From: a virus
Virus record (IMG/VR): IMGVR_UViG_3300050144_000081
Coordinates: 5,068-69,067 of that record
Length of the DNA: 64,000 nt
Strand: one strand, 5' to 3'
In this document: one piece after another, positions 1 to 9,251 of the stretch
Layout: the number at the start of each line of letters is the position of its first letter
Numbering within the stretch: position 1 is the first letter of the stretch
The notes under the pieces: model-generated
Told to the model about the DNA's origin: nothing
Databases searched by the model: none
The model's input: only the letters and a program-made list of their open reading frames with translations
Made by a program: the position numbers and the translations under genes

Positions 1-2743
1 CGAAGATGGCGGCCTGCACGCGGGCGATCAGCGTGCTGGTGGGCTTGCCGTCGGTGGTGCTGTACTGCGCGGCCTCGGACTCGCCCAGCGAGCGCAGGAA
101 CGCCGACAGGAATGGCACGTTCTCGGCCGCGGCCAGGTCGCCGTTCTCCGTCATCAGGGCGATCATGCTGTCGTCCATGCGGCGCGCGTCGCTCTTGGCC
201 TTCTCCGTGGCGGTCATGGCCAGCGTGTCGGACTGGTTCGCCTCGATCGCGAAGGCGGCGCGGTCGACCTTGCTGGTGCGGATGCGAACCAGGACCGGAC
301 GCTTCATCGCCTTCACCTTCTCCGGCTTCAGCCCGAAGTACCCGGCCTCCTCTTCCAGCCACGCGCGGTAGTTGTCCGCCTTGCCGGTCTGGTAGGCCAG
401 CACCACGGCCATCGTGCGCCCGTTGCCCGACTCGACCACGCCATCCGGCCCGACAATCGGCGCCCCAGAATCGGCGCGGCGCGACTTGCCAAGCAGGTCC
501 GGGTCCAGGTTCTGCGCCGTCTTCTTGACCCAGGCGATCGAGGCATCGCGGCCCCGGTCGCGCGGCTGCAGTTCGGCCGGGAACGCCGGGTTCGCGTCGC
601 CGGTGGACGGGTTGTGCGACGTGATCAGGTGATCGGCCTCGACCACGCTGTAGCCGGTCAGAACCTCGGTGCCTTTGGCGGTCTTCACCTTGGACTCGGT
701 GCCTTCGGGGGTCAGGGCGACGGGCTGGGTCTGGAATGCCTGCGGGGCGTCGCCAAAAAGCGGTTTTTCACCCTTCAGTTCCCCCAACCCGAAACCATCC
801 ACTCGCTTCTCTGCCGCCTCGAAAATCTGCTTCGATAGGTAGCGATCAGCCAGTACCGCGTCTGCAGTCTTCGCGCCCAGCAATGGCGAAAACCCGGCAT
901 CAAACAGCGTTTTGATCAAATCTTCCTTCTTCATGCTGTGAAGCAATTCGATTGCGTCCTGAAGCCGACCGGACTTCAGGTAGTCGCTGAAGCTCATGGT
1001 GGCTGGCGCAGCCGGATCGCCAAACATGTCGGTTCCAGGCTGGCCGGATGGCGATGACGCATCGGCGGGCGCTACCGGCGCAGGGCTGGTCGTCCACGCC
1101 AGCGCCTTCTCGCTCGGCTTCACGTCCGGCACGCCGCCCAGGCTGGTTATCAGCGCTTCCAGCGATGCAATCTGGCCGTTCTGGTTGCCCAGTTCGCGCA
1201 GCTTCTGAAGGTCGTCGTTCGCCTTCGCGACCTGCCCTTGGACCTTCTGCCACACCTCGGATTCGTACCGGCCGCCACCGCCGATCTTCGGGTTCTCGTC
1301 CAGCCCGGTGCGGGCGGTATCCAGTTGGCTCTTCGCGTCGTTCAGAGACTCGATCGCCTGCGTGACGCGGCTGGAGATGCGCGGGGGCAGCGGCTTCAGC
1401 GGGGCAGGATCTGCAGCCTTCACCGGCGCCCGCGCGGTGATCTCAGCCGCCAAGTCGGCCGGCGACATCGACAGGTCGTCACGGACGGCTGCCACGCCCT
1501 CGCCGCCGACGCTGACCTGGTAGGTCACGCCGACGATGTTCTTGCCGACGCCTGCATCCCGGGTGTCCATGTCAAGCTTCGCCCCATCGGCGTTGACCAT
1601 CGGCCACTCGAACCCCTCTGCGACCCACCCAAGCGCGCGGGCGGCATTGCGGGTATCGATGATGCGCTGAACGAACTGGTGGTCCAGCGCATCCTGCCAG
1701 TACGCCTCAGCCTCCGGCACGCCGTACACCATGGCGTACTGCTCGGCGGTCATGAGGTCGGGCACCTGCATGCTCTTCCAGTCCGGTGCGGGCTCTGGCG
1801 CGGTCGGAGGCTCGGCTGCAGGCTGATCGGATGGAACGGCTAGTGCCTGGTCCGGTTCAGCCGTTTGGACATCCGCTGGCGTCGGCTGCGCACGATTCTC
1901 CATCCACCGATTTGCCCCAGCCAAGCTCTTGAAGGTCTTCGAGGTCGACGCAGTCATGGCGGTGAACGTGCCATCCGCATTCGGACTGACGCCGACGAAA
2001 TACGACTCGTTGTTCCCAGTATCAACCGTGCGGCCTGTCGGCGCATCCAGATTCTTCGCTTTCGCCATCCCGCGCGCCAGCGACTCCTCGCGCGCGATCT
2101 CCACGTCGCGCTTCAGCCCAGCCTTGCGCACTTCGAGCGCCCCGACCTCGCCCTTCAGCGCCTCGATCTGCCCAGCCTTCTCCGCAGCCTTCGCGTTCGC
2201 CCGGGTGAACGCCGGGCTGTTCTTCTCGACGATGGCCATCACGCGCCGCGCCACGATGCGAGGCTGAAGATCCGCGCCGCGCTCCGGGGCTGCCGCGATG
2301 GTCACGTCCTTCTTGTTGACCATCCAGCGCCAGGAGGTCAGCATGTCCATCGGAGTCAGCTTGGCCGGGGTCGCGTCGGGATTGTGGAACCACACCGCCA
2401 CCGTCTGGCCATCGCTCATCGGGAACAGCACGGGCACCTGCAGCACGCCGCGCGACCGCACCGGCTCGCCGATCTCCATCCCGGTGGGCTGCACCGTCTT
2501 GCCGGCCGCCGTCATGACGGCCATGAGCTGTTCCATCTTGCGCTGCATCATGCCGACCTCGACGACCAGGGCGTCCAGCATCAGGATTTGCTCGATGTCC
2601 GGATCCTGCATCAGATCGTCCATCGTCACGGCGTCCAGGAGCAGGTCCGGATCGCCGCTGGCGTCGGTGCGCAGGTTGTACAGCAACTTGCCGAGCGTCA
2701 GTTCGCGGGGCTGTGCATCTTCGGTCCAGGTGACGCGGTCCAT
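1..2743 (-). CDS. darA: DarA-like virion antirestriction protein (N-terminal DarA domain) with a DdrB-like ParB domain; runs off the window start (>=914 aa)
   Basis: Hand translation from ATG 2743: FHNPDATPAKLTPMDMLTSWRWMVNKKDVTIAAAPERGADL (DarA-N motif). Near the window start, same frame: QPRDRGRDAS...SGAPIVGPDGVVESGNGRTMA...ANQS (ddrB-ParB motif). Absent from the ORF track because there is no stop in the window; the middle was only spot-checked. Confidence 0.8.
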   Translation of the reverse strand, partial: MDRVTWTEDAQPRELTLGKLLYNLRTDASGDPDLLLDAVTMDDLMQDPDIEQILMLDALVVEVGMMQRKMEQLMAVMTAAGKTVQPTGMEIGEPVRSRGVLQVPVLFPMSDGQTVAVWFHNPDATPAKLTPMDMLTSWRWMVNKKDVTIAAAPERGADLQPRIVARRVMAIVEKNSPAFTRANAKAAEKAGQIEALKGEVGALEVRKAGLKRDVEIAREESLARGMAKAKNLDAPTGRTVDTGNNESYFVGVSPNADGTFTAMTASTSKTFKSLAGANRWMENRAQPTPADVQTAEPDQALAVPSDQPAAEPPTAPEPAPDWKSMQVPDLMTAEQYAMVYGVPEAEAYWQDALDHQFVQRIIDTRNAARALGWVAEGFEWPMVNADGAKLDMDTRDAGVGKNIVGVTYQVSVGGEGVAAVRDDLSMSPADLAAEITARAPVKAADPAPLKPLPPRISSRVTQAIESLNDAKSQLDTARTGLDENPKIGGGGRYESEVWQKVQGQVAKANDDLQKLRELGNQNGQIASLEALITSLGGVPDVKPSEKALAWTTSPAPVAPADASSPSGQPGTDMFGDPAAPATMSFSDYLKSGRLQDAIELLHSMKKEDLIKTLFDAGFSPLLGAKTADAVLADRYLSKQIFEAAEKRVDGFGLGELKGEKPLFGDAPQAFQTQPVALTPEGTESKVKTAKGTEVLTGYSVVEADHLITSHNPSTGDANPAFPAELQPRDRGRDASIAWVKKTAQNLDPDLLGKSRRADSGAPIVGPDGVVESGNGRTMAVVLAYQTGKADNYRAWLEEEAGYFGLKPEKVKAMKRPVLVRIRTSKVDRAAFAIEANQSDTLAMTATEKAKSDARRMDDSMIALMTENGDLAAAENVPFLSAFLRSLGESEAAQYSTTDGKPTSTLIARVQAAIF

Positions 2744-2873
2744 GTCTTGGGGCTTTCCTTGCGGTGTGGGTTGCTTGCCGCCGGCTGTGCGGTGGCCATC
2801 GGCGCATTGTGCTACCGGTGTCGTGTAGCAGACCTATAGCATTTCCAATGAGTGTTTTTTTGAATACTGCTAT

Positions 2874-2892
2874 TGCTTTAGAAGTGCTTTAG
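2874..2892 (+). promoter_or_regulatory. 19-bp operator-like motif TGCTTTAGAAGTGCTTTAG, copy 1
   Basis: Exact copies at 13365 and 35213, each in an AT-rich gap before a rightward cassette. Confidence 0.7.
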
Positions 2893-2926
2893 CAGCATCA
2901 TTGAGGCTCTGAAACGGGAGTTCTTC

Positions 2927-3082
2927 ATGGTCCGAACCATCATCCACACCTTGCCGCTGGTCATCGCGGTGGCCAGCATGTGCTGCACTGCAGCCGTGCT
3001 CATCAGCATCAAACAAGCCGAGATCAGCGCCGCCGCCTATCCGGCGAAGTGCCTCTGCAACCGCTCGAAGGTGACGACGTGA
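2927..3082 (+). CDS. Small hydrophobic hypothetical protein (51 aa)
   Basis: ATG after the operator; hydrophobic stretch LPLVIAVASMCCTAAVLISI; TGA overlaps next GTG. Confidence 0.5.
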   Translation: MVRTIIHTLPLVIAVASMCCTAAVLISIKQAEISAAAYPAKCLCNRSKVTT

Positions 3083-3609
3083 TCCGCGTCACCGCCAACA
3101 CCAACCGCCGGGCGCCGGCCGTGTCTGCAGAAGATGCCGCTGTCATCGCAGCAGGGTTCGGAATCCGCCAGCCGCTGGCCAGTTCCGACATCGGCCATGG
3201 ACTTGATGAAGCTGGCCTCTCTCGGCTGGTGGACAAAGTCCACGATGCGATGGTGGACGATGCGCTGATCGGAATCGACATGGTGTCCATCAGCGAACTG
3301 CGAATGGACCTGTGCCGTCCCATGCGTGACATCGAGGCTGCAGTTCAGTTCCTGCTTGATGCTGGTCATGTGCGACAGGCTCCGGCGCAGCGCGCTGGCG
3401 TCTACATGCTGTGCCGGGCGAATGCACCAGCACCGGCACCAGTCGAGAAGCCGGCGCCGAAGAAGCCCGGGCCGAAGCCGAAGTTGAAGCTGGCTCCGAA
3501 GCCCAAGAAGATCACCCCCACGAAGCAGCCCGAGATCCAATGGACCGGGAAGCACGTCATGAAACTGGTGTCCTACGCCTGGGCACCGCAACCGAGGATT
3601 GAGCGATGA
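3079..3609 (+). CDS. Hypothetical phage protein with Pro/Lys-rich tail
   Basis: GTGA-coupled start inside ORF 2980..3609; overlaps next gene. Confidence 0.6.
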   Translation: MIRVTANTNRRAPAVSAEDAAVIAAGFGIRQPLASSDIGHGLDEAGLSRLVDKVHDAMVDDALIGIDMVSISELRMDLCRPMRDIEAAVQFLLDAGHVRQAPAQRAGVYMLCRANAPAPAPVEKPAPKKPGPKPKLKLAPKPKKITPTKQPEIQWTGKHVMKLVSYAWAPQPRIER

Positions 3610-4469
3610 GCATGAACAAGCTTCCCAATGGGCTTCAACAGGCCGTGAATCAGCTTGGCAACGACTGCATGGATTCCAGCGCTGCAATCGAAGCCATCCA
3701 TGCCGTGCATGCTGGCCATGTCGCAGCACTGGCGCGCATCGCCGAACTGGAGGTCGAGCGCGACGAATGGAAGCGCATCTCCAGCGCGTACAGCCCGCAG
3801 AAGGAACTTTCCACGGCGCTGGAGCAGGCGAAGGCATCCGGGCGACAGGCTCGGAATGATCGCGATGCACTGCGCGCGAAACACGCCGAACTGCTGACCG
3901 CTCTGCACGGCATCGGCAGCGCGCTGGGCATCCCCGAGGGCGACCGCTCGCCGTACTCGATCACCTGCGGCACGCTGGAGCGTTTCAACAAGCTGGCCGA
4001 GATCGAGGCGCAGGAGCCGCTGTTTTACTACCGCCCGATCAATGGAGGCTTGTACGAGGGGCCGCATTGGGCAAAGTCGATCTGCGGCAAGATGCAGCGC
4101 GAAGAGCGACCCGGGGAATGGGTTCCGCTCTACGACCACCCCGTCCCCGCGCAGGCCGCGCCGATGTCGGACGAGCGGATTGATGCCATCGCCGATCTCG
4201 TCATCAAGGGCATGCCAGACGGGCTCCGTGGATTCATGCGCACATGGGGCTACCAGCAGTTCGCCAGGGCGCTGCTTGACGTGTGCGCTGGCCACTACCG
4301 TGCCGGCCCCGCTCAGGCCGTGCCGAAGCTCGATAGTGGCGCCAACTACACGCTTCACATCGTGGCCGACAGAGGCTACGAGTCGACTATCACTGGGCGA
4401 TGCACAGCCGAGCAGTACGGTGCGGCAATTGGTGCGCTGCATGGAACCAATCCAGAGGCCGCGCGATGA
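3606..4469 (+). CDS. Hypothetical mosaic phage protein
   Basis: 287 aa ORF with ATGA coupling at both ends; shares a module with 15005..15514. Confidence 0.7.
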   Translation: MSMNKLPNGLQQAVNQLGNDCMDSSAAIEAIHAVHAGHVAALARIAELEVERDEWKRISSAYSPQKELSTALEQAKASGRQARNDRDALRAKHAELLTALHGIGSALGIPEGDRSPYSITCGTLERFNKLAEIEAQEPLFYYRPINGGLYEGPHWAKSICGKMQREERPGEWVPLYDHPVPAQAAPMSDERIDAIADLVIKGMPDGLRGFMRTWGYQQFARALLDVCAGHYRAGPAQAVPKLDSGANYTLHIVADRGYESTITGRCTAEQYGAAIGALHGTNPEAAR

Positions 4470-4876
4470 CCGGCATGCACAAGTCTGATGCTTTGCCGCC
4501 ATCTGTGCAGCAGATCATGGACGCCATTACGGGCTGCGAGGCATCCAGCGCTGAACTGCGCGAACTGATCACCACCGCGCTGGACGACGCTCGGAGCGAT
4601 GGGGCGAAGGTGATGCGGGAGATAGCTGCGCAGGGATGGGACGGCTGCATGTATGACGCGCCTGGCGAGACGCTTGACATCGGCGCCGGCATCCGCACCA
4701 TACCCTTGCCGACCGGCGCGCGCAAGGCGGTGCTGCTGAATTTGCCATTGCCAAAAATCCAGTATGAGTACAACAAGGAAAAAGGATATTCAGTATGCGC
4801 ATATACATCGGATCAAATGAAAGAGTATGCAGAATCCTGCATCACTGCCAATAACCTGGAGGTGCGCCGTGTCTGA
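4466..4876 (+). CDS. Hypothetical phage protein
   Basis: ATGA-coupled start within ORF 4400..4876. Confidence 0.6.
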   Translation: MTGMHKSDALPPSVQQIMDAITGCEASSAELRELITTALDDARSDGAKVMREIAAQGWDGCMYDAPGETLDIGAGIRTIPLPTGARKAVLLNLPLPKIQYEYNKEKGYSVCAYTSDQMKEYAESCITANNLEVRRV

Positions 4877-5357
4877 GATGGACATACATGCCAGGGTGCT
4901 GCAGTACCTTGAGAAAACGCACCCGTATCAAATCCGCAATGAGGCGGAATTTCTCCTGATTGATGCTGGCAAGGAGATCGCGCGACTGAGGGATTCCCTG
5001 TCTCGTGAGCGCGACGCCCACAACAGGACACGAGAGCGCTGGATCATCGCCCACCAGTCCGGCACCAATGAGGCGCGAGCGAATTTGCTGCCGCAGATTG
5101 AGCACCTGAGGGCCGCACTGTCTCGTGAGCAGATCGCCCATGATGAAACACGACGGGTACGAAACCGGGCACGACTGGACGGTATCGCTGAAGCTCGGGC
5201 GAATCTGACACCGGAGATCGAGCGGCTGAAGATCGAAGCGGCTGGATACCGACTGCTTCGGCGCGGCCAGCACTGGAGCGTCATCGATGGCGTGGGGCAG
5301 ACCCTGCGCGGGGAAGAACTGGATGCGGCTGTGGCCGCTGTGGAAGGAACGACATGA
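4869..5357 (+). CDS. Hypothetical coiled-coil phage protein
   Basis: GTG start in ORF 4827..5357; internal LSRE..AH..TR repeat. Confidence 0.6.
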   Translation: MSEMDIHARVLQYLEKTHPYQIRNEAEFLLIDAGKEIARLRDSLSRERDAHNRTRERWIIAHQSGTNEARANLLPQIEHLRAALSREQIAHDETRRVRNRARLDGIAEARANLTPEIERLKIEAAGYRLLRRGQHWSVIDGVGQTLRGEELDAAVAAVEGTT

Positions 5358-5797
5358 TCACCCGGGAAGACCTAGAAAACGCTGCGTTTGCAGTTGGATT
5401 GCCGCGCATTGCTGCAGGCTATGTTGCATACCACGATGAACTGACATCGATCGTGCTGGAGTCGGGAGAGGAGTGGCACCCGCACACTGACCGCGGCCAG
5501 GCCGCCATGCTGGCGGTGAAGATGCGCATGTGCGTTGATGTGGCGGGCGGGCGTGATGACGGGGAGGTAATCGCCTTCATTGACCACAAGCACCCCAGGA
5601 TGCCAACCCAAGGTGCGAGCCATGACGGTACCGATGCCGGAGCGGAGCGCGCTTACTGCGAGGCAATCACCCTCTGCGCCGCAGTTGAAGGCAAGCGGAT
5701 GCGCAGCGCGCCATGCATCAAGGCGACGCCAGGGCAGATTGCTTCTCAACTGGCCGCCATTGATGAATTCGACGGCGCAAAGCGGGGTGAGCGATGA
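5354..5797 (+). CDS. Hypothetical phage protein
   Basis: 147 aa ORF coupled to both neighbours. Confidence 0.65.
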   Translation: MITREDLENAAFAVGLPRIAAGYVAYHDELTSIVLESGEEWHPHTDRGQAAMLAVKMRMCVDVAGGRDDGEVIAFIDHKHPRMPTQGASHDGTDAGAERAYCEAITLCAAVEGKRMRSAPCIKATPGQIASQLAAIDEFDGAKRGER

Positions 5798-6033
5798 AGC
5801 TGGCGCCCGCATGCAAGAGCTGCCCATGGCGGAGCGGAAGCAACTACGTCTACGATGACGATGGCCGCGATGCATTCGCGAGTGGGTACGATGCGTCGTG
5901 CCATGCGCTGGTCGGGCTGCAGAAGGTGTTCATCCACCAGCCAGCACGGGCTGGCGAGGAATGCCGCGGCCCTGCGAACCTTGATGCAGGACGGCGTGGC
6001 TACCGAAACCCGGTCACCGCTCCAGCACGCTGA
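5794..6033 (+). CDS. Small Cys-containing hypothetical protein
   Basis: 79 aa ORF, ATGA coupling, CxxCP motif. Confidence 0.5.
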   Translation: MKLAPACKSCPWRSGSNYVYDDDGRDAFASGYDASCHALVGLQKVFIHQPARAGEECRGPANLDAGRRGYRNPVTAPAR

Positions 6034-6073
6034 CCGATTCATTCACCAGCTTCGGATGAGCACAGGAGAAACA

Positions 6074-6319
6074 ATGACCAAAGAACGCATTACGGCTGAA
6101 GTCCAGCGCAATGCCGGGTTTAGCTTGAAAATGGAGCATGAAGAACTACAGACTGACTGGCATCCTGGCATTACTCAGAAGCACTATGACTTGGCAATTA
6201 AAAAGGCCGTTTCCGCAGAGCGTGAGCGGTGCATACGTATATTAGAAGAAATATTTGATGATTTCGGAGATATTCAAGCCGCAGACAGAAAAGAGGCCAT
6301 GGACAAGATTAGAGGGTAG
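6074..6319 (+). CDS. Small hypothetical protein, paralog of 6368..6589
   Basis: AGGAG SD; C-terminal ERERC..I.EE.F...GD.Q....EA.DKIR shared with next gene. Confidence 0.6.
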   Translation: MTKERITAEVQRNAGFSLKMEHEELQTDWHPGITQKHYDLAIKKAVSAERERCIRILEEIFDDFGDIQAADRKEAMDKIRG

Positions 6320-6367
6320 CCAACATAGATTACTGGCTGCAATGTATTAATTCAAGAAAGTAACTGC

Positions 6368-6589
6368 ATGACTAGGAACAAAGCAATAACCATTTGGCGT
6401 GAAATATGCGGCAGTGATTCCGTTATGGCCATCCTCCATCCGACCGGGAGCATGCTGGAGGAGTTCGCTCGCAGAGTTGAAGCGGAAGAGCGCGAGCGGT
6501 GCGCGCGCATCTGTGAAGAAACTTTTGTGGAGCCTGGCGATATGCAGGTATGCAACTTCCAAGAGGCCGCGGACAAGATCAGAAGGTAG
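6368..6589 (+). CDS. Small hypothetical protein, paralog of 6074..6319
   Basis: Same C-terminal motif as the previous gene. Confidence 0.6.
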   Translation: MTRNKAITIWREICGSDSVMAILHPTGSMLEEFARRVEAEERERCARICEETFVEPGDMQVCNFQEAADKIRR

Positions 6590-6729
6590 CGACCCTCATC
6601 GACTGGCCGCCCTCACCGGCATCGGCACGACGGCCAGTTCAAACCGCTCTACTTTGTCCGAATCGTCCCCGCCGCCGCACCCCTGCAGCAGCACCAGGGC
6701 GACCAGCGCCCACATCCAACGCGCCCGCC

Positions 6730-7245
6730 TCATTCCGCCCACGGTGTCAGGTGGTGCAGGTCATCACGCGGCATCACGGCCAGCTTTCGCACGTAGGGCG
6801 GGATGTTTGCCTGCGTGAGCACGTTGACCACCTCGTAGGCCAGCACCACGCCAAGCCCCGGCATCACGGCCAGCAGGTCGTCCTTGTCCACCACAAAGTG
6901 CCCAGGCTGCCCAGGCTCGGCGATCGGCTCCACACGGGCCTCGATGCCTAGCTCGGCAACGATCCCATTGTCACGGTCGACCATGTCGTTCGGCTGGTAC
7001 TGGCCAAGCGACAGCATGCTGGCCGGGCCGAGTTCGATGTACTCGATCCGGTCCTCGTCCGAACTGGACAGCACGCCCATTCCGCCCAGCGTCGGCATTC
7101 CGCCCATCATGCTCGGAGCGGCCCATCCTGGCATCGTGGCGCGGACCACCCGCTTGCGCCAGACCGTGCACGGCATGGCGTTCGGATGCCGCAGCGTCAC
7201 ACGGCGCGCAGCGGAGTTCACCGCAGTGGGGATGGATGTCAGCAT
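6730..7245 (-). CDS. Putative virion morphogenesis protein
   Basis: 171 aa, last gene of a tightly packed minus-strand tail operon. Confidence 0.55.
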   Translation of the reverse strand: MLTSIPTAVNSAARRVTLRHPNAMPCTVWRKRVVRATMPGWAAPSMMGGMPTLGGMGVLSSSDEDRIEYIELGPASMLSLGQYQPNDMVDRDNGIVAELGIEARVEPIAEPGQPGHFVVDKDDLLAVMPGLGVVLAYEVVNVLTQANIPPYVRKLAVMPRDDLHHLTPWAE

Positions 7246-7246
7246 G

Positions 7247-8251
7247 TCACTTCACTTCCTTGAGCATCTTGTCGGCCGCGCCCTGCGTGACCAGTCCAAG
7301 CTTCACCATCTTTGCCAGCTGCGCCGAGAACTCGCTGCGGGCGGCCTTCTTCTGCTGCTCGCCGGCTGGCTTCGGCGCAGCGGCCCCGCGATCGGCCACG
7401 GTCTTCATCGCCTTCGCTTGAGCGAGCCGCGACTTGCGCTCTTCCGTCGTCTCGACCTGACTGCGCTGCCAGGTTGCACGCTGCTGCTGGTCGACGGCGA
7501 TCTGCTCTGCCTCCTTCTTCGTCACGCGCCTGGTCTTCGCCGTGAGGTCGCCGCGGCCAGCCAGCACCATCTCTTCCACCTTTTTGCGCAGGATCGGCTG
7601 GGACAGGCTGTGCATGGCCCGGATGACGTGCTTGCACGCGACACCCTTCAGCGTCGGGTTCGTCAGCTTCGGGAAGCCTGGCTCGGCCCGCCCTGCGTTG
7701 TACTTGCCCGCCGTGGCGATGTAGCGGAAGCGGAAGCGGTGGTCCCCGCAGTCGCAGTCGAAGCGCAGCGGGCCGGTGGTCAGCATCTTGGCGATGTCGG
7801 CCATCTTGGACGGGCTGGCCACGGCCGCGGTGTAGTTCAGAAAATCGACGTGGACGTGGTGCCGCAGGGACTTGCTGTCGGGGCCTGCATTGGTGACGAG
7901 GTGCAGCCGGCCGCCCTTGGACTCCATCGGCACGGCGAACCGGATCTGCTCGTTCGCGCGTGACCGACGATCCGGCAGGGACATGTCGATGACCTGCCGT
8001 GCCGTGATGCCGCCGGTGAACCGCTTGCCTAGCTGCTTTGCCTGGTGGGCGAATTGGCGCAGGTCATCATTCGTCAGCGCGCGTGGACTGCCGCCCAGCG
8101 TCGTCATCAGCAGGCGGCCAGCGTCATACTCTCCGCGCACGTCCTCAGGTGTCAGGATCGTGGTGGCGCCCTTGCGCTGCTTCAGCTCATCCGTTGCGCG
8201 CCGGCGTGCCTCTGCGACAGCCTGGGCGGGGGTGTTCACCGTGGTGGCCAT
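7247..8251 (-). CDS. Tail-operon protein with SWIM-like CxC...CxH zinc motif
   Basis: FDCDCGDHRFRFRYIAT...GVACKHV; position in tail operon. Confidence 0.6.
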   Translation of the reverse strand: MATTVNTPAQAVAEARRRATDELKQRKGATTILTPEDVRGEYDAGRLLMTTLGGSPRALTNDDLRQFAHQAKQLGKRFTGGITARQVIDMSLPDRRSRANEQIRFAVPMESKGGRLHLVTNAGPDSKSLRHHVHVDFLNYTAAVASPSKMADIAKMLTTGPLRFDCDCGDHRFRFRYIATAGKYNAGRAEPGFPKLTNPTLKGVACKHVIRAMHSLSQPILRKKVEEMVLAGRGDLTAKTRRVTKKEAEQIAVDQQQRATWQRSQVETTEERKSRLAQAKAMKTVADRGAAAPKPAGEQQKKAARSEFSAQLAKMVKLGLVTQGAADKMLKEVK

Positions 8252-8257
8252 GCTGCG

Positions 8258-8557
8258 CTACTCCAATGCCGGGCCAGAGAAGCCGGCCCTGTCCTTCAAC
8301 GCGGCCAATTGCGCCGGCGTAGGCAGCACCAGATCCATCTCGGGCAGCAGCAGTTCTGGGCTGTCCAGGCCGGCCGCGGCCTGGATGACCGGCCACTGCG
8401 ACCGGTCCCCGTAGACCCGCGCCGCCACGGCCGTCAAGTCGCGCGACTCGGACGGCGTGGTGCGGATCCGGATTGCCGCCGCCCAGATCGGCGTCTGCAG
8501 GGAAAAGTCGCGCACCAGCTGGTGCAACCGGTTCCAGCGCTGCGGGGATTCAGCCAT
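8258..8557 (-). CDS. Small baseplate protein, LysM/tail-X-like
   Basis: DLTAVAARVYGDRSQWPVIQAAAGL...LVLP pattern; 99 aa. Confidence 0.6.
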   Translation of the reverse strand: MAESPQRWNRLHQLVRDFSLQTPIWAAAIRIRTTPSESRDLTAVAARVYGDRSQWPVIQAAAGLDSPELLLPEMDLVLPTPAQLAALKDRAGFSGPALE

Positions 8558-9236
8558 TGACCACCACAGCCGGGATGTAGGCGATCGCGGCAGACATGGT
8601 CGCCAGCGACCCGATTTCCGCCATCACCTCGGCCAGCCGAACCGCCAACATGGACTGGCGCTCATGCACGTCCGCCACGATCATCCGGAACTGGTCGCCC
8701 GACATCGCGTGCACGCCGGACCGGCTGATGAGCTTGCGTGTCGTGGTGCCCAGGCCGTGCATGCCGCGCTGCAATGCTGCGGCATCGGTCAGGTCCACCA
8801 GCACCTGCGTGGTGTCCGGCAACGTGACCAGTATCCCGGCCATGACTGCCTCGGCGTGGCTGGCGCGGGCCGCACGAATCAAATCGACCTTGCGCTCGGC
8901 CAGCTTGGCGGCATCGTAAGCAGCCTGCTGCATCGCGATCGTGACCGTCTGCCCGCCCTGGCCGAGGTAGTCCGCGCTGAAGAGCGGGCGGACCTCATGC
9001 TGGCGCAGATACCGACCGCTGAGTAGCACGGGCGTGATCTCGACCACTTGGCTGTACGGATCTGTCGTGGTTGATGGGCTGGACTGCCCGTCGATCTCAT
9101 CCACCACGCGCCAAAACCCCATGGCATTCAGCATGGCCTCATCGGTGTTGATCTCGACCAGTGGATTGATGCGCTGGGCGTCTGCGTAGGTCAGCCGCTC
9201 GCCCGTTTCGGGCCGGTAGAGTGCTTTGATGCTCAT
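8550..9236 (-). CDS. Putative tail fibre assembly/chaperone protein
   Basis: Directly downstream of the tail fibre; K.DLI.AARA.....GI C-terminal pattern. Confidence 0.55.
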   Translation of the reverse strand: MSIKALYRPETGERLTYADAQRINPLVEINTDEAMLNAMGFWRVVDEIDGQSSPSTTTDPYSQVVEITPVLLSGRYLRQHEVRPLFSADYLGQGGQTVTIAMQQAAYDAAKLAERKVDLIRAARASHAEAVMAGILVTLPDTTQVLVDLTDAAALQRGMHGLGTTTRKLISRSGVHAMSGDQFRMIVADVHERQSMLAVRLAEVMAEIGSLATMSAAIAYIPAVVVNG

Positions 9237-9251
9237 GTCGTGTGGTCCGGG

